Shown piece after piece: positions 37,601 to 50,836 of a stretch of DNA of 64,000 bases. The stretch comes from Amoebophrya sp. A120 (lineage: Eukaryota; Protista; Dinoflagellata), in contig CAJINV010000001.1 in the NCBI GenBank assembly GCA_905178155.1, positions 5,243,994-5,307,993 of the forward strand. The letters run 5' to 3'. Position 1 is the first letter of the stretch; the number at the start of each line of letters is the position of its first letter. Made by a program: the position numbers and the translations under genes. The notes below the pieces were generated by a model. It was not told where the DNA came from. It made no database searches and saw only the letters and a program-made list of their open reading frames with translations.

Positions 37601-40600
37601 TCTATTTTGAATCAAAAAATGCGGCGGTTTCGGAAAGAATCAAAACAACTACATGCTCGCGTGAGACAGGCTGTTGTTGATGTTGCTCTGGCGTGACGTG
37701 CAAAGAGTGCAGCCATGAGAATGATTATGATAGATTGATAAGCAAATAAGTAAAAACTACCTCATCGTCCAGCTCGTTCAGAGGCTGATCGGTCGGCAGA
37801 AACGTGACTTGCACTGCAAACGCTTGCGAGGTATCGTCCCCAGCTCCGGTCTCCGTAAGACCATCTTTTCGGTCCCGGAAAGTGGACACAAAAGGGTAGA
37901 TCACGCCAGTCTCGCCGCTGATGCGTGTGCTAGTTCCACAGTTCACAAATGGAATCTGGCAGCGCATGCACATATCCTCAATGTAATACCGCCCGTCCCA
38001 CGTATCCAAAGCGGAGAGCACAACGTCGGTCGACTTCCACTTGGGGAGCAGCCGAGCTGTAGTCTCCGGACAGACCTGACAGTTGTAGTAGTTTAACGCA
38101 TGCAAAATCTCCACGCAGATCGCTACTACCTCCGTAGGAGCTCCGCTGAAAAGACTCAGAGGAATTGCGAAATCAGGCATTTTCAATCAGAACGTAAAGA
38201 GGGAGCAATGCCATCCTGCACTCAATCTCAAGCGTCGCGGTGCTCTAATTGCAATTTATTTCTGTCTGTAGAAGCGAAGGTCGAGAAATTAGAACCACCA
38301 TCAATCAAATAAAGTTTAACTACGTATGCTTGAACGGCTTCATAGCCGATCTCGGGCCAATGCTCGGCCAACGCGTTTCCTGCCACTACCGCCTTGGGCT
38401 GGTTCCAATGATGCGCACGAAAAAGCAGCTGGCGGCTGAGGTTGGACACCTCAATGACATCCGGGTCGAGTAGCACCAGCTTTCCGCCTTTGTCTTTGCG
38501 GGGAAACCCCATGGTCGCCAAGGTCTTCACGTATTCATTTCCGACGGCGCCCACCCCCGGTAGAAGAAAGCGCGTCCGCTGGAGTCGGTCGAGCAGGGCG
38601 TCTCCGAAGAGATAGAGAACGTCCCCCGAGCGCTGATCTTTCCAAGCGTCACAAGTCTGTGGCCCGCTGGTCATGCCACCCAGGTACAGTTCGGTGTCGG
38701 TGTGCGACCGCTTTGAAGAGCGCGAGCGCGGAGCAAAGGTTGCGTCTGCACGTGCTGGTGACGGGGGGCGACAACCGAAGAGCTGCCGCAAGGTGCGCAA
38801 CACGTTTTCTTCGGTCAGAACCGTAAGAAATTGGGCATGCATGAACCCTTCGAGCGGTACTCCCGCTTGCCTCTGCCCCGCAATTTTGGCTATTTCCTGA
38901 GCTACCACGCCAGCCAATACGGCCGACACTGGTAAGAATTCGACTTCTTCCTGAGCAAAGTAAGTCGCCAGAATCAAAGACAGAGGCCACTTCTGGAGAT
39001 CAGATTGCGCACTGGGGCTCGGATCCGCGATCGTGACGGAGACCGTCCCGGGATTTTCCTGAGAGGACCCGCCCGCCGGCGGCGTGGCGTCTGCATCGTC
39101 CTTCCGATCCTGAGACGTTGGCGAATTCAAGTTGGAAAAAGCCTCCACCGGTTCCACGCGAAAGCCACAAGCATCTGCGGCCCCACCCAAATCGGACGTC
39201 TGTGATTCGAACATCTCACGGCGCAGTACTGGTCGAAGCGTACTCTGCCGTGCGGCTTCGCGGAGGATGTCAAAGCAGACCTTCTCTACTTCTGACGCGG
39301 AATAATTATTCAGTCTCGCGGCGTTGTTCATCGCGTGGCGCCGCAACAGCTCGAGTCGATCTTCACCTGGAAAATTGATGTAGATCTAGAAGATTCTCTT
39401 ATATTTAGTGACTGCAACACAAGTGAATATTGTTTACAGAATCTCTTCTGCGTGCAAATGTGGATGCAGACTTTAAGTTCTTCTTCTGGTTTAATTGATC
39501 GCACATCACAATCAAGTGTGCTGCAGCGACGAACCCTAACGAAGAAACTAGCTTTTCTCCTCCTCATGTCCATCACACGACCAATCATACATAGTTGTAA
39601 ATCTCTCATATTGGAGTTCTTACGTGTTGAGTTGGAGCTGATCAGAACTGGATCTGTTGCTGTACCAGCTTCGCCGACGGCTACGCCGGCGCTAGCGGTC
39701 AAGGTGGCCATGAGAGAGCTGTGAATCGAAACTTCGTCCGCCGCGTCCGAGAGGTCCGTCAGGTCATCCAAGCTATCCGGAGCTTCCGCGGCCTCGGAAA
39801 TGCGCTTCGCCTGCGTGTACACAACACGCGGCCATTTCTGGCGGAACGTTCCGCCCACAAGCGTCGGTGGCAGCGGCTCGTGAAAGGTGACGAACCGATT
39901 ATCCTTGTCTACTTTCGCCACGTAGAACCGCTTCGTTTTCAGGCTCTCCGCCCCATCGGTGTTTGTACTTTCGACGTCTTCAAACTCAATCCAGGGGGCG
40001 TTCGGACCGTTGCGCTCGGCTGCTGCAACCTGCTGCAGATCGTGGCTCTCCATGGACCCACCTACGAGCTCCTCCGGTTCAGGAGGCAGGTAATGGATCC
40101 GTCCCCCTTGCACCTTCTCTATCTGAAAGGTCGCATCGAGCTTATCTCTCGCCTCCATAGAGTAGGCCTTCCCAGGATCCTGAAAGATCGAAGCGAAGAG
40201 TCCCTGCGAGCGCGCGTACAAAAAGCGAAAATTTTTTCCCGCCATCGAGGCTTCGTCACGATTTGCATCACGGTCAAGCCCTGGATGCTGCTCTTCCTCT
40301 TCGTTTGGCGGTTTGGACAACATATCGACGTCCCCGTCCGCATCAGGCATTTGCGATTTTGCTGCAGCAACGACGACTTCGTTCCACCGTTGCAGCTGTG
40401 GTAGATCAAGTCCCGGGTGGGTCGCAATGACGACTTTGCTGCTCCCCGGACCATCCAGCCAAGAGGGCAAAAATTCGGTCTCGACCGCACTTGCAGCATG
40501 AGCGACGATGCTTACCCGACAGCGCGGGTTCAACTCCTGCAGTCGCGCTGCCACGATGCCGTCGCAAAAAACCTGGTACCGCGAACCGGACACGCCGGGG

Positions 40601-41184
40601 TCGACCGAGGAGCGCGCAGAGACGTGCTCCACGACGGTTTCTTCCCCGGAGATCTCCCCGCGCGGCGCGGAGCCAGCACGGCTACTTTGCAAAAAAGACA
40701 AAGCCGCTGGTAACTGGTTGCACATCAGCCCGAAGCAACGGCTCGTCAACGACGACTGCCGGGACCCCGAGAGAGAGGGCATGGACCGAGGGGACGTTGC
40801 CGCCCCGCGGGACATCACAGCTGCGCTCGACTCCGGTGGTAGAAACTGATTCAAGCCGAAGTCGTGGGCTTGCATGGGGGCCGTCGGCTCGGGCTCCACC
40901 AGCGTTAGAGTCGCACATCCCTGCAGCATCGCATTTTTTGCTGTCTCGAAAGCAAGCCCGTTCGTCCCGATGATGGCGATGTGCGTCCGCTGCAGCGATT
41001 CCGTAGCCGCTCGGCCGAGCATTGCATTTTGCCGGGAGAAAAGGTCACTTTCCTCCAGCTGGGCCTGCTGCTGCGGCACCACTCCCGCAGCCGCCGCCGC
41101 GAGCGCCGACCGACCCACGTGCAGCAGCACACAGGCGCCGATGGCGGCGCGTACCCGGAGGAATCGAGATGGAAAATCTGGCAT
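34613..41184 (-). CDS. UBA1: UBA1-type E1 ubiquitin-activating enzyme with an N-terminal signal-peptide-like segment, multi-exon, with large insertions
   Basis: Inactive adenylation half: LFSRQNAMLG..HIAIIGTNGLAFETAKNAMLQG..RLQELNP. Active half: LPGVGAVGNE..DPDVIEVSNLSRQLLFR..PKA; DVVLSALDTWDGRYYIE..C..P..NCGT. Catalytic Cys: PDPNVRACQLRQFP..CVHWAREVFE. C-terminal FEYDKD..HLDFVYSAANLRA..IAGRI. N-terminus MPDFPSRFLRVRAAIGACVLLHVGRSALA. GT-AG intron at 39367-39665. Confidence 0.9.
35776..35985 (-). mobile_element. Inverted-repeat-bounded (introner-like) non-canonical intron in the E1 gene
   Basis: Left end agtgcacaactccccctcccccttatttggatg versus reverse complement of the right end agtgcacaactcgcccccctcgtccccctcatttgtgatg. 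It lies exactly where the E1 reading frame shifts (EAVYG to SHTVDL). Confidence 0.7.
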
Positions 41185-42516
41185 TGTCAGTAAAAAATGA
41201 AGCTTGTACAAGAATAGGAGTGTTCCATAGAGTCACACAGAATCAGGAAAGAATGGTATACGAGACACGGCGTCACGATAACGATATCGAAACTGAATGT
41301 AAGTATACAACGACAATCTCGTACTCGGGTGGGGAATGAACCAAGTTGAACAATACGTATCTTATTTATATTTATGTTACTTTGTAATGCGAGGAGAGAC
41401 GAGGATGTTATAGTTTGGGTATTTGTTTATATATCGAAATCGATGTAGATGTAATAACGCCTAGTCGTAACTGCGGTTCCAATCAACGCGTAAAGCAAGG
41501 AAATGCCCAGGTGATCTTTATATACGAGGAATCAGCAACGAAAGTCATCATCTGGCAAGCAGCTCTTCTACTTGCTCTTCCACTAGTTCTTCGAAGAAGG
41601 AATGCGGTCATGTCGCGCACGAGCACGACCTGATTTCTATTGGACGCGATCATTTTTCGAGCCTGCTGCCCGAGCCATCGATCCAACCTGAGATCTGTCC
41701 GCCTCACAACTGGCGCCTTGATCCGTCTCTACTTGATCCAGAAAAGTGGATGGCGTATCCACTTCGCCATTGCGGTACGGATCATCCTTCAGCACCATTG
41801 TGAAACCCGCTGCGAACCTGAGCCTAGAACGTATATGCCTCCTGAATCTGATCTAGTGTGGACATTAGAGCGCCTATCGAGATGCAGTCGAAATGGTCTG
41901 TCTGGCTCATTGACACGAAATTGCAACAAGTAACACGCAGCCTTCATCCACTTTCCATCCTAGCGAAGAGAGAACAGCACCAACACTGCGGCGTGTAGCT
42001 TACATTGCATACTGTTCCAGGCCATTGCGGCCGCTGCCGCTCCCGCTGTCAGTCAAAGTTTATGAAAAAAACTGGCTGCCGACGTCCGAGGAATCCGGGC
42101 CGGCCTAGTACCTATTGGACGCTGAGGCGAATGCAGCTGCCTCCTTCGTCCGATTCGACAACGAACTCTGCCTCTGTGTCTGTCCAAGTCAGGAATAAAA
42201 GTACCTATTATTTTCTAGATAATATCTGTGCTGAAAGTGAGAGCCAAGAATACACCAAATCCGTCTTGATTCGTTCTCTGACACGAAGCACTTCTATATA
42301 GTATATACGATTGTCCCTCGATCGCGCAACAGCGAGTCGGCGGTTTTTGTTCAAGACATTAAGCCGAAACGACGGGACACCAAATTCTAGCAGGACCGAT
42401 TCGTTCCGCGCGGAGACTCTCAACCTCGCCCTTCGAAGCGGTCGCGTCACCCACTAGGGAAACCGTCTCCTATTGAAAATCGGAAGCATCTGTTGGCACT
42501 GCCTTGCTACAAGATT

Positions 42517-43513
42517 TCAGTCGCGTGACACCCCTCCGCGCTGCTGTGCAACTTGCTCGTCGAGGTCTCTGTCTGGCGGCTCATCTCCTTCGCCTGCAGC
42601 TGCTAGGGCGTCGTCGAAGTTCCTGTATTTCAAGATAGGTAGAAGCGGATTGTAGAGCTCATGCACCACCAACCCGCAGCAGGCCGAAAATGAATACCTA
42701 GTTGATCCATACTTTTTCCAGTGCCTGGCACCGCCTTTTAAGACCTGCAGCGAGAGGTACACCGGCTTCATCGAAAACTTCTCGTGGTTATGCAAAAGCA
42801 AATGCCGCTCACCTGAATACACGCGCCTCTTGCATATACATTTACATACGACAATCAAATAAGGGATTACGAAGTAAGTATGTGCAGTACACAATGATGG
42901 GCGCGAGTTTTCCTTGGCTTTGCCACTTCCTCACCACTTGCGACAGTCCCGGGTGTGAGTTCATGTGGCTTTGGATCGTGCGGCTCAAGTCGGTCCTAAT
43001 GCTGTAAAACTTCCCAGTCTGATGATCGTATAAAAACGGCTGACCTGCGATCGTAGCCCTGCGTTGCAAAAATGTAGCCATCTAATTTATGTATCATCAG
43101 AAAAGAATCCGGCAGTCGCTCCCGGCTGAAAAGAGATGATCACGAGCCCAAAAAACCCAAAACCAACACTCATGCTATAAGGGAAGATACTTAGATTCTG
43201 AATTTCTACTTACCCATGCATGGCACACAAACACAGCCACCATCAGTGCTCAGCAAAAGCATCACGAAGATCTTCCGAAAAATAAACGGTACCGCATGTA
43301 GAAGCTGTTCCGCTTCGTACTGCCCTTTGCGTCCGCTTCTGCGCATAACCAGTTATACACCTCTTGCATCGTTCCGGATTCGAAGCTGAAGCTCTTCTGA
43401 GAAGCAATAAAACCGCCTGCTTTGAACGTAATCGTGGTCGCGCTTGCGAGTCCACAGTACGGTAGGAGCATGAATAACATGCGCAAGACCGTCCCATAGC
43501 ATCGGCCGCACAT
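42517..43513 (-). CDS. Secreted ubiquitin-like small protein, family member 3, ending in RGG plus a 4-residue tail
   Basis: Signal peptide MCGRCYGTVLRMLFMLLPYCGLASA. TTITFKAGGFIASQKSFSFESGTMQEVYNWL; RTDLSRTIQSHM; RNFDDALAAAGEGDEPP..QQRGGVSRD*. Confidence 0.5.
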
Positions 43514-44749
43514 CGTGATCGTGTTGCGGTTAGCTTTCGTAAAGTGGAACCTTGCGTTGTGAACCGAAGTCGTGTGTTCCCCCGTGGGGGCGTCGGTGAA
43601 TGTACTACAGCAAAGAACAACAATTTTGATGTACTTTTTCAACCTCTGGCGGCGGCATCTGTAGCCAAAAGAATCTTTGTCTTTTTCTAGCGTGCTTGAA
43701 ACAGACGGGACGACCTACTGCAGTGGTCGCAGCTGCCTAGATTATCTGTTTACTCGTTTTTGGGCCCGTGTCTCAGGTCGCGATCCTGCTTTACTAAATA
43801 TCACGACACTCGATGAAAAAGCGCCAGTGACGAAACCGTCTAAGTCGACGAACAACATCCAACATCAAGCTGCTCCGAGGCGTCACAGAAATCATCCGAG
43901 AAAAAGTAAAAGACCTATGATCAAGTGGATCCAAATAAAGCCGAACTGCTTATGGTATTCATTTTGTGGAGCATGCTTACCTCCGCAGCGTAGAACTAGA
44001 AGCTAGCAGAATCAAAAAAAATCAGAGGCAAAAAGATCCAGCGCTTTTCTGACCACTGACAGACGAAAGATCTACGTCCGAGGAGTCCAGCCTAATCGTC
44101 GATCACCAAGAGATCTTTTTGTTTTGCGTACTCGCAGAGCCAGAGCCGCACACCATAAGATGAGGGTCCAACGAACCAATGCGGCAGCGAACTTCAGAAT
44201 CAACCCATCAGAAGAAGCTAAACAACTATCAACTTGTAGATCATGAGCATTGCAGCCTTGAATTGCGATTATCGCTTAATATCGTTTCGTCCACGGAGAA
44301 GCACTGTGCTCGTCTCAAGAACCCGGTGACGCCGCTCGTCATCTCGCGTTGCTCGCATTTTTTCTTCGTTTCGCGGGTTCACGAGGCGCGGGACGAACTG
44401 TCGACTTTAGAAAATAGAGGATTTGATTTTGTGGCCCTCTTTCGCAGCGATCTCTCACCAATATTAACGCGTTTCGGTTTTTTATATTGCATTTCTTTTC
44501 TGTATCACTTGCTGCAACTTGCAACAAGTGGTGTGGTATTCTTTTCAAATCATACTTATGGCCATTACCGTGGCAAGTCCTGTGCCTATCCACAGCACAG
44601 TCGAAAAACCCTTCCATACGCTTTTCGTGCCTTGTAGAACTTATTGGAGAAAGAGTAGTGGCATGCACACGCAGCATCAACCTTCCTCCGACTTCTGTTT
44701 CCAATTCCTCACTATTGCACGCCCGCGCATGACAGTTCGAGCAACCTCG

Positions 44750-46549
44750 CTAGGCCGGTTCCTCGCGCCTACGCTTCCCGGCTGGTGCGCGCAGTTCCTC
44801 TGCCACCCCTTCCAAAGCAGCGGCAATCGAGTCGTTGTGATTCCTGTTTTCGTCAATGTGAAAATGAACGTGGACTGTCCGTCCTGAGCGGTGGGTCCCG
44901 AGTCGTGATCGAGATCGTTTGTGTTATGGTTCCTCGAAGTATATCATCATGAATATTTTTTCTTTTTTAACAAGTAGGATATGTGTAAACTATGATGCGA
45001 TGGGCTTGAAAATAGCGTTTCTACAAGGAAAAGTAAAAGCAAAAGCTCAAGGTCCTCGATCATAGAAAACAAATTAGTACACGATGAGGATAGGCGGCAT
45101 CTTTCCCCCTCTAAAGTTGCTGACGACCGGTGCTAGCTGCCGTTCCCTTTCCATGTGCTGCTTTATGGTCAGACTCAGGTCGGTTTTCAGGTGGGCGTTG
45201 TCGTGTCCACATGAAACGCACTAATGCCCACAAGATTCACATACTCACAAAAGTTGCCCCTTTCTCTGTAATGCCTTCCGTGAGGATCCGACGGGTGGAG
45301 CTGATTGATCACACCCAAGTGATCGACATTCGTCGTACCATCTATGATTACTACGCTGACAGTGACATTCACACCAAAAAGTACACATACATACCAAAGA
45401 AGCAGTACTAAGAGAAAGCAGAATGAAAGCATGATCAATCAGAGATCAGTGCGCTTTCCAGAATGATAAAACTCCGATAGTGTTGGGGTCGAACAGAAAC
45501 GGCGCTCCGCGGCACGTCACGCTGAATTATGAGCAGTTGCGATTATTATATGTCTTGACTCCTTTTCCACGACAAGTTCAACTCCAACAGAGAATGAAAG
45601 CATGCGTTGTATAGACAAAAAAAACAACTCAGACAACAGAAATTTCATATCTTACGACAAAAAAAATCCGTTGGCTTTATCCTGTGTAAGAACGTCCCCG
45701 CGATAGAGCCATCAAGGTGCAACCTTTACGAAACAGATCCAGAAGTTGGGCGCGTTTTCAGCGACAAACCTGGCCTCATACATTCATAGTGTACTGACGG
45801 GTTGGTCGTCTTTTCCATATACAGAGCCAGTTGCATATTGTGGTTCGAGCATATACAGATTCCCTCCTTTGTACAGGACTACGACTAGCACGTTTCTGCT
45901 ATGGGGAGACGCCGTTCTCAACATGTAAGATCTGCACGACAAATCAGCTCAGAGATTGGGACGTCCTTATATTACATAGTTCCTGGTGGTCTGGCGCGTG
46001 GCGAGTTGCCGCTCCACCTCCCCTTTGATCCACTGGAAAACCTCCCCCATGGCAATATCGTCGAAAAACCTTGGACTGCTGCGAGCCGTTTACTACCTAG
46101 TCTTGTTGCGAGCGCACACACTACACCTAGGGAGAGTCCCGTGAGGACAGGTGCTAGGCGGCAGTGCTTCATGAAGTACTCCAGCCGCCCTTCCCCGTGC
46201 TGCATCGCCGATTTTGAATCAAGATGCACGACACAGTACCGGTGAAAATGGCAGTCTGTACAAATAGAAATACCAAATCTCTTCTCCCATAAATCTTCAT
46301 CCGATGCAAATACACGAAGTACCGTTCGGCAAATCATGACCCTTACAAGAGAACATAGTAAGCTCAGACGCCCAGCAGTATTTCTCTCGTTCGATACGTG
46401 TTGGTTTCGTAAATGAAGGTCTCCTCAGGTTTCGCCGCGAGAAAGCCGCCGCCGATGAATTTGATCGGTGTCGCACACACGCCTGGCACCTGCTCGTGGA
46501 GCATCGCAAGGATGACCGACGGCAGGAGCTTCTTCAAGAGGGCCCGCAT
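44750..46549 (-). CDS. Secreted ubiquitin-like small protein, family member 4, multi-exon
   Basis: Signal peptide MRALLKKLLPSVILAMLHEQVPGVCA. TPIKFIGGGFLAAKPEETFIYE; FFDDIAMGEVFQWIKGEV; NRNHNDSIAAALEG..KRRREEPA*. Closest to member 3. Confidence 0.45.
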
Positions 46550-48110
46550 CTCGTGCCGGTCCGCACTTGTGCTGCTGAGAGAGTTGGAAGCCCTGGGAAG
46601 GTGGCGTGCACGTGATTATCAATGTATGATAGAGGTGGAATATTTCAACTGCGAGCAGGAACTACTTCCTTCGTATCTGGCGATTAATCAGGTAGTGACG
46701 TAGCGCTCCCGCGAAACCTCCAGGAGACGGACTTTACACTTGTCAAATGTCGTGCTCAGATGAACTACCTGAACCACTTAGAAGGCGGTCCTTTCTTTCT
46801 TGTAAGGAGAACGAATAGCGGTTTATCGCTTCGAAGATATAGTCTCTGAGGTTGTGACTCTGAAATGAAGACTCTTCATATCGTTCACGTTCAGTATGTT
46901 GACTGGAAGATTCTCAAGCTGCTATAATTGGAGCCACACATTCACGAATAGATTTACTTACATCGTGAATTGCGATAGATACTTTCTTATCGCTTCTCAG
47001 CGACTTTTTCTCCGTGTCTTCGACGAGAGGCACAGGCGCAACTACACGCGAGGGGGAGGGCCAGAAAATCAAAATCAGGCGCTACTAGCTAGCATGATAT
47101 GTCAGCAACAGCATGACCAGAAAAAAGCATCAGCTGCACATATTACAGATGATCCACGCGGCGAGGTCGAGAGTTCTTCGACGAGCAAGGGAGCCAAGAC
47201 CTAGAGATCCTTCCTGAACGCCCCCAAGTGACGAAAAACGGATCCGCGTCCGAGGGCTGGAGATGAGCGATTGCTTGAATACCAAGCCAAAACAGATCCA
47301 TAAACCAGCGGAGAGCTCGCTTGATCAGGATACGGTTGATCTTCGGATCTACAAATGAAATCAGGTCCGCTTGGACCAATCCACGAGAGGAGATCGTACT
47401 TTCTTCTGATGCAAGATCGGAGGAAACGCACAAGATTCCGAGATGGAGTGAGCACGTCCTTACGTTTTGAAAATACTTAACCAAAACAAGCTGACAGCAC
47501 TTGCTTGCGACAGTGCATTGAAGACAGATACTCGAATTGCGGATAGGACACACAAATAGTATTCGCTTGACACAACTGCGCATCGCGGCGACGGTCCGTG
47601 TTCCTTATTTGGTACTTACTGCACTCGGTTTAGAAGTCTAGTTGTCGGGCGCACTGAGATGCAACGAACCTTCGCGCAGTATGTGCACGCCCTCTGATGT
47701 ATTCGGTGCAGTAAAGTTGTCCTGCTAGTGGTGGGTTATTCCAAAAGCTTCCATCCTGCAACCACCCTGACCATGCTCGAACGATGCATCGCCACGGACC
47801 ATGACAGGTCTTCCACTTCAGGACCTCTCACTTCTTTATTGAGTTGCGGGAGTAGACTGTTTTTCATTTCAAACGCTGACTTTCTGCGTTCTCGACATTT
47901 GTCATATCGTGCCAGTATGTCTTCCATTTTTTCATCATACCACTACAGCATTTCACTTTTCGTTGAGGCGCACTGTGATCAATACGAAACCTCCGACGGC
48001 CGTGGCCCCAAAAAGCACGCGCGCCAACCCTTTGTTCTGACAGAACAAAGTCACGTCATTCGTCGTTTCTTTGCGTCGGTAGTGCCTTGCGGGATGATTC
48101 TTCTAATAGC

Positions 48111-50836
48111 TTACTGCCCCCACAAGCTCCAGCCTCGCCCTTGCTGGGGCTCCTGGTCTGCGTTCGCCCGCGGTACGTCCGGTCCAGACAGTATCGAGGT
48201 TGCGTGAATCCCGGCGATATTCACATAAATGGTGGGGGGCTCGCCTCCTCGCGGTCCCTCAGGCTGGCGGGCAGACGGGTTCGGGAAGCCTCTCCGTTGC
48301 ACGTCTGGGAGCGCAGCCTCGTGAAACTTCGGGAGGGGGTTGCGACCAACCGTGGAGGGCGGGTACCACTTTTGATCCATGGCCTGTTCCGGCTCCACCA
48401 ACGGCGACACCGCTCGGTCGACAATCTGCCAAAGCCGCACCTGCACGGGGCGTTGAAGAGATATTCTAGTCCGAATTCACAAAGTTGGCACGAGCATGAA
48501 CATCATGCCGCGAACAGCTACTCCGGATCCAATACGATGAAAAGATCGTTCATCCGCGCAGCACTTTTCTCCGAGCCAGACCACATCATTCAAAAAATTT
48601 TACTTATGGATGCATATGATTTACCTGAAACATAGCACACACGGCCTCACGCGCAAACTGCGGATTCCACAGTTGGTCCTGCTGGCTGTGCGGGACGTTT
48701 CCATCACGTGTCGCGTAAAGCCACAACGCTCCTGTTGCGGTAAGCGGAAAGTCGCCCCCAATCGACGACGGTCGGTACATGCCTCCGCCACGCTGCCCGC
48801 CCCCGCAGCGGTCGTGGTAGCGCTGTTCGTACGTCGAGGACTGCCCCCCGCCCATGGTGCCGCCTTGACCGTTCTTCTTGCCCTTCCTTTGTTTCTTGTC
48901 GGAGGTGGACGAACTAGGCCAAAAACCTATTGAGATGGAAAGTTCTCAACATGGCCTTGACTATTAAGTGTTTCTGTCAAGAATCCAATTACGAAGGCAG
49001 TGGTTTCTTCACGCACCTGCTTAAGTGCTTCAGCAGAAGACATTCATTGATTTTGATTGAGATCCTAGTAAATATTAGTGAAGCGAACGCAATAGATGAG
49101 CAGACCGGAAAAACATCGCTACTATTAAATGGAGCAAAGTAAACTGCTCCCAAGAAGAGATAAGTACACGAGTTTCCTGCGTCATCATCATTGCTCGAAC
49201 AACTTTCGTGGCCGTCAGAACTGCCACGGCTGCCCGGGGTGTCGACGATCTGCAAGTCACTCGGAAGTGGCAGCTTTATCAGGTGCGGAAGTTCATCCCC
49301 GACTTCGAACGAGGCCTGAGCGTGATCGGTGGGAATCTTGTTCGCAACCGCATCTCCCTGTTCATACACCCTTTGCTCCGGCTTGTAAAACTGCGGAGCG
49401 AACGCGCTGGCGCTGGCGAACACAGACGGTTCTTCGATTTGTTGTTGCTCCCAGAGCCTCCGCATCTCCTCTTCCGTGCGCAACCCCCAAAACTTCTTGA
49501 AGTTTTCGTACGAGCTCCACTTCAGTACCTTGGGATTGCCAAGCTTGTCCCGCATATTCGGGACGGTCCACTGGCGCACCTGGTCCTCCCACTTGTTCCC
49601 CCGCTGCCGCATGTGCTGGTCCCACGCCTCCTTCATCCTGATTTCAAATTTCAAACGATCATGAAGGGCCAGATGAAAACAGAAAGAAAAAGAAACTAGT
49701 GGTGCCATCTATCATTCACATTTTCAGTACGGTGCCAACACATTTTACGATTTGCTTGATAGATTGTAAGAAGACTGGCATTGAAAAAAAAATTCTATCA
49801 TTACGTATGTATGAGCTTCTTGTCAACAGACAAAATATGTAGTACTGGGCCTTCATGGGCTCTTGCAATTGCGTGGTCACCCAGCCTTCAAACACATTCA
49901 TAAGCATGTCGTGGCGTTCAAGGTTGGTCTCGGAGCCTCGCGGTTTCCACAGCAACCAGTCAGCGACGTGTTGCCGCAACTGCTCCCCCGTGTACGGGCG
50001 TCCGGTCTCGTGGTTATTGATTCGTGCGCGGATCGCCAGCTGGTGCGCAGCGGAATGAAACCTGTGATACACGCGATGTTGTTAGACCTCCTTGACGGTC
50101 ATTCTGCAAAATGGGTGCGCAGATGTCTAGTACAGCCTAGCACAAAAGCCCGCACACTGCTCCTTCCTCATACGTAGACACGAGAGGGAGTTTGAGTGGT
50201 AGTCGTTCGCAAAACGAAGAATTACAGCTATAATAAATCAGTAGTAAATAGTGACAAATTCACTAATTTTCATCAACCTTATTTACGAGTGAGATCGACT
50301 GCACTTCAAGAACGCATCTGAAGAAGGTATGAAGCGACACTGCCGACGAAATTCAGTCGGGTTCTGGCTTCTTTAGGAGAGCGAGTAACTGTTTGGCATA
50401 CTCTTTGCGTTCCTTCTTGTAAGTAGCAGATGGTCTGTGTGTCAACTGACCACCACCGGAACTTGAATTTTTCCGACGAAATTCAACAAGAAATGCCACA
50501 CTACTTCTTCAGCTGCTTAAAAATATACCAACAGTTTCCGCCCCCTCCACATTCGCGTGTTTCGTAGTTCCTGGTATATGGACTAGAATGAGATGATCCG
50601 CCTCGACCTCGGCCCGAATTCGAAGCGCCGCGATTCTGCTGCCGAGCGACCATCTCATCCACGACTAGCTCCAGTTTCCCCAGGGCAAGTCGTTCTACCT
50701 CGACCCTATTGACTGGCTGACCGAGTCCATTCGCTTCCTGCAGTTCTTGCCGTGCTTCCTCCAGATACGCTTGGTACTCGTCGGGGTAGGTTTGGCGCAG
50801 GTGCAGGAAGCGCAGCTCCTCCGGGTCAACATCCAT
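48111..50836 (-). CDS. OTU-like cysteine protease (putative deubiquitinase/Ubl protease), multi-exon; both ends uncertain
   Basis: GT-AG intron 50062-50528 joins YETRECGGGGNCW to FHSAAHQL..EQLRQHVADWL (OTU Cys box xDGNCLFxAxxxQL). Later AREAVCAMFQVRLWQI and a His-box-like PTIYVNIAGIHATSI. Confidence 0.6.

Noticed and set aside
34715-37680. Long plus-strand ORFs (34715-35710, 36502-37680)
   Set aside because: Antisense shadows of GC-rich E1 exons; Arg/His-rich translations with no motifs.
13564-50836. Interpretation as a bacterial ubiquitin-like defence operon (E1-E2-Ubl-peptidase)
   Set aside because: The genes contain spliceosomal-type introns, the E1 is a two-adenylation-domain eukaryotic UBA1 type, and there is no operon-like packing.
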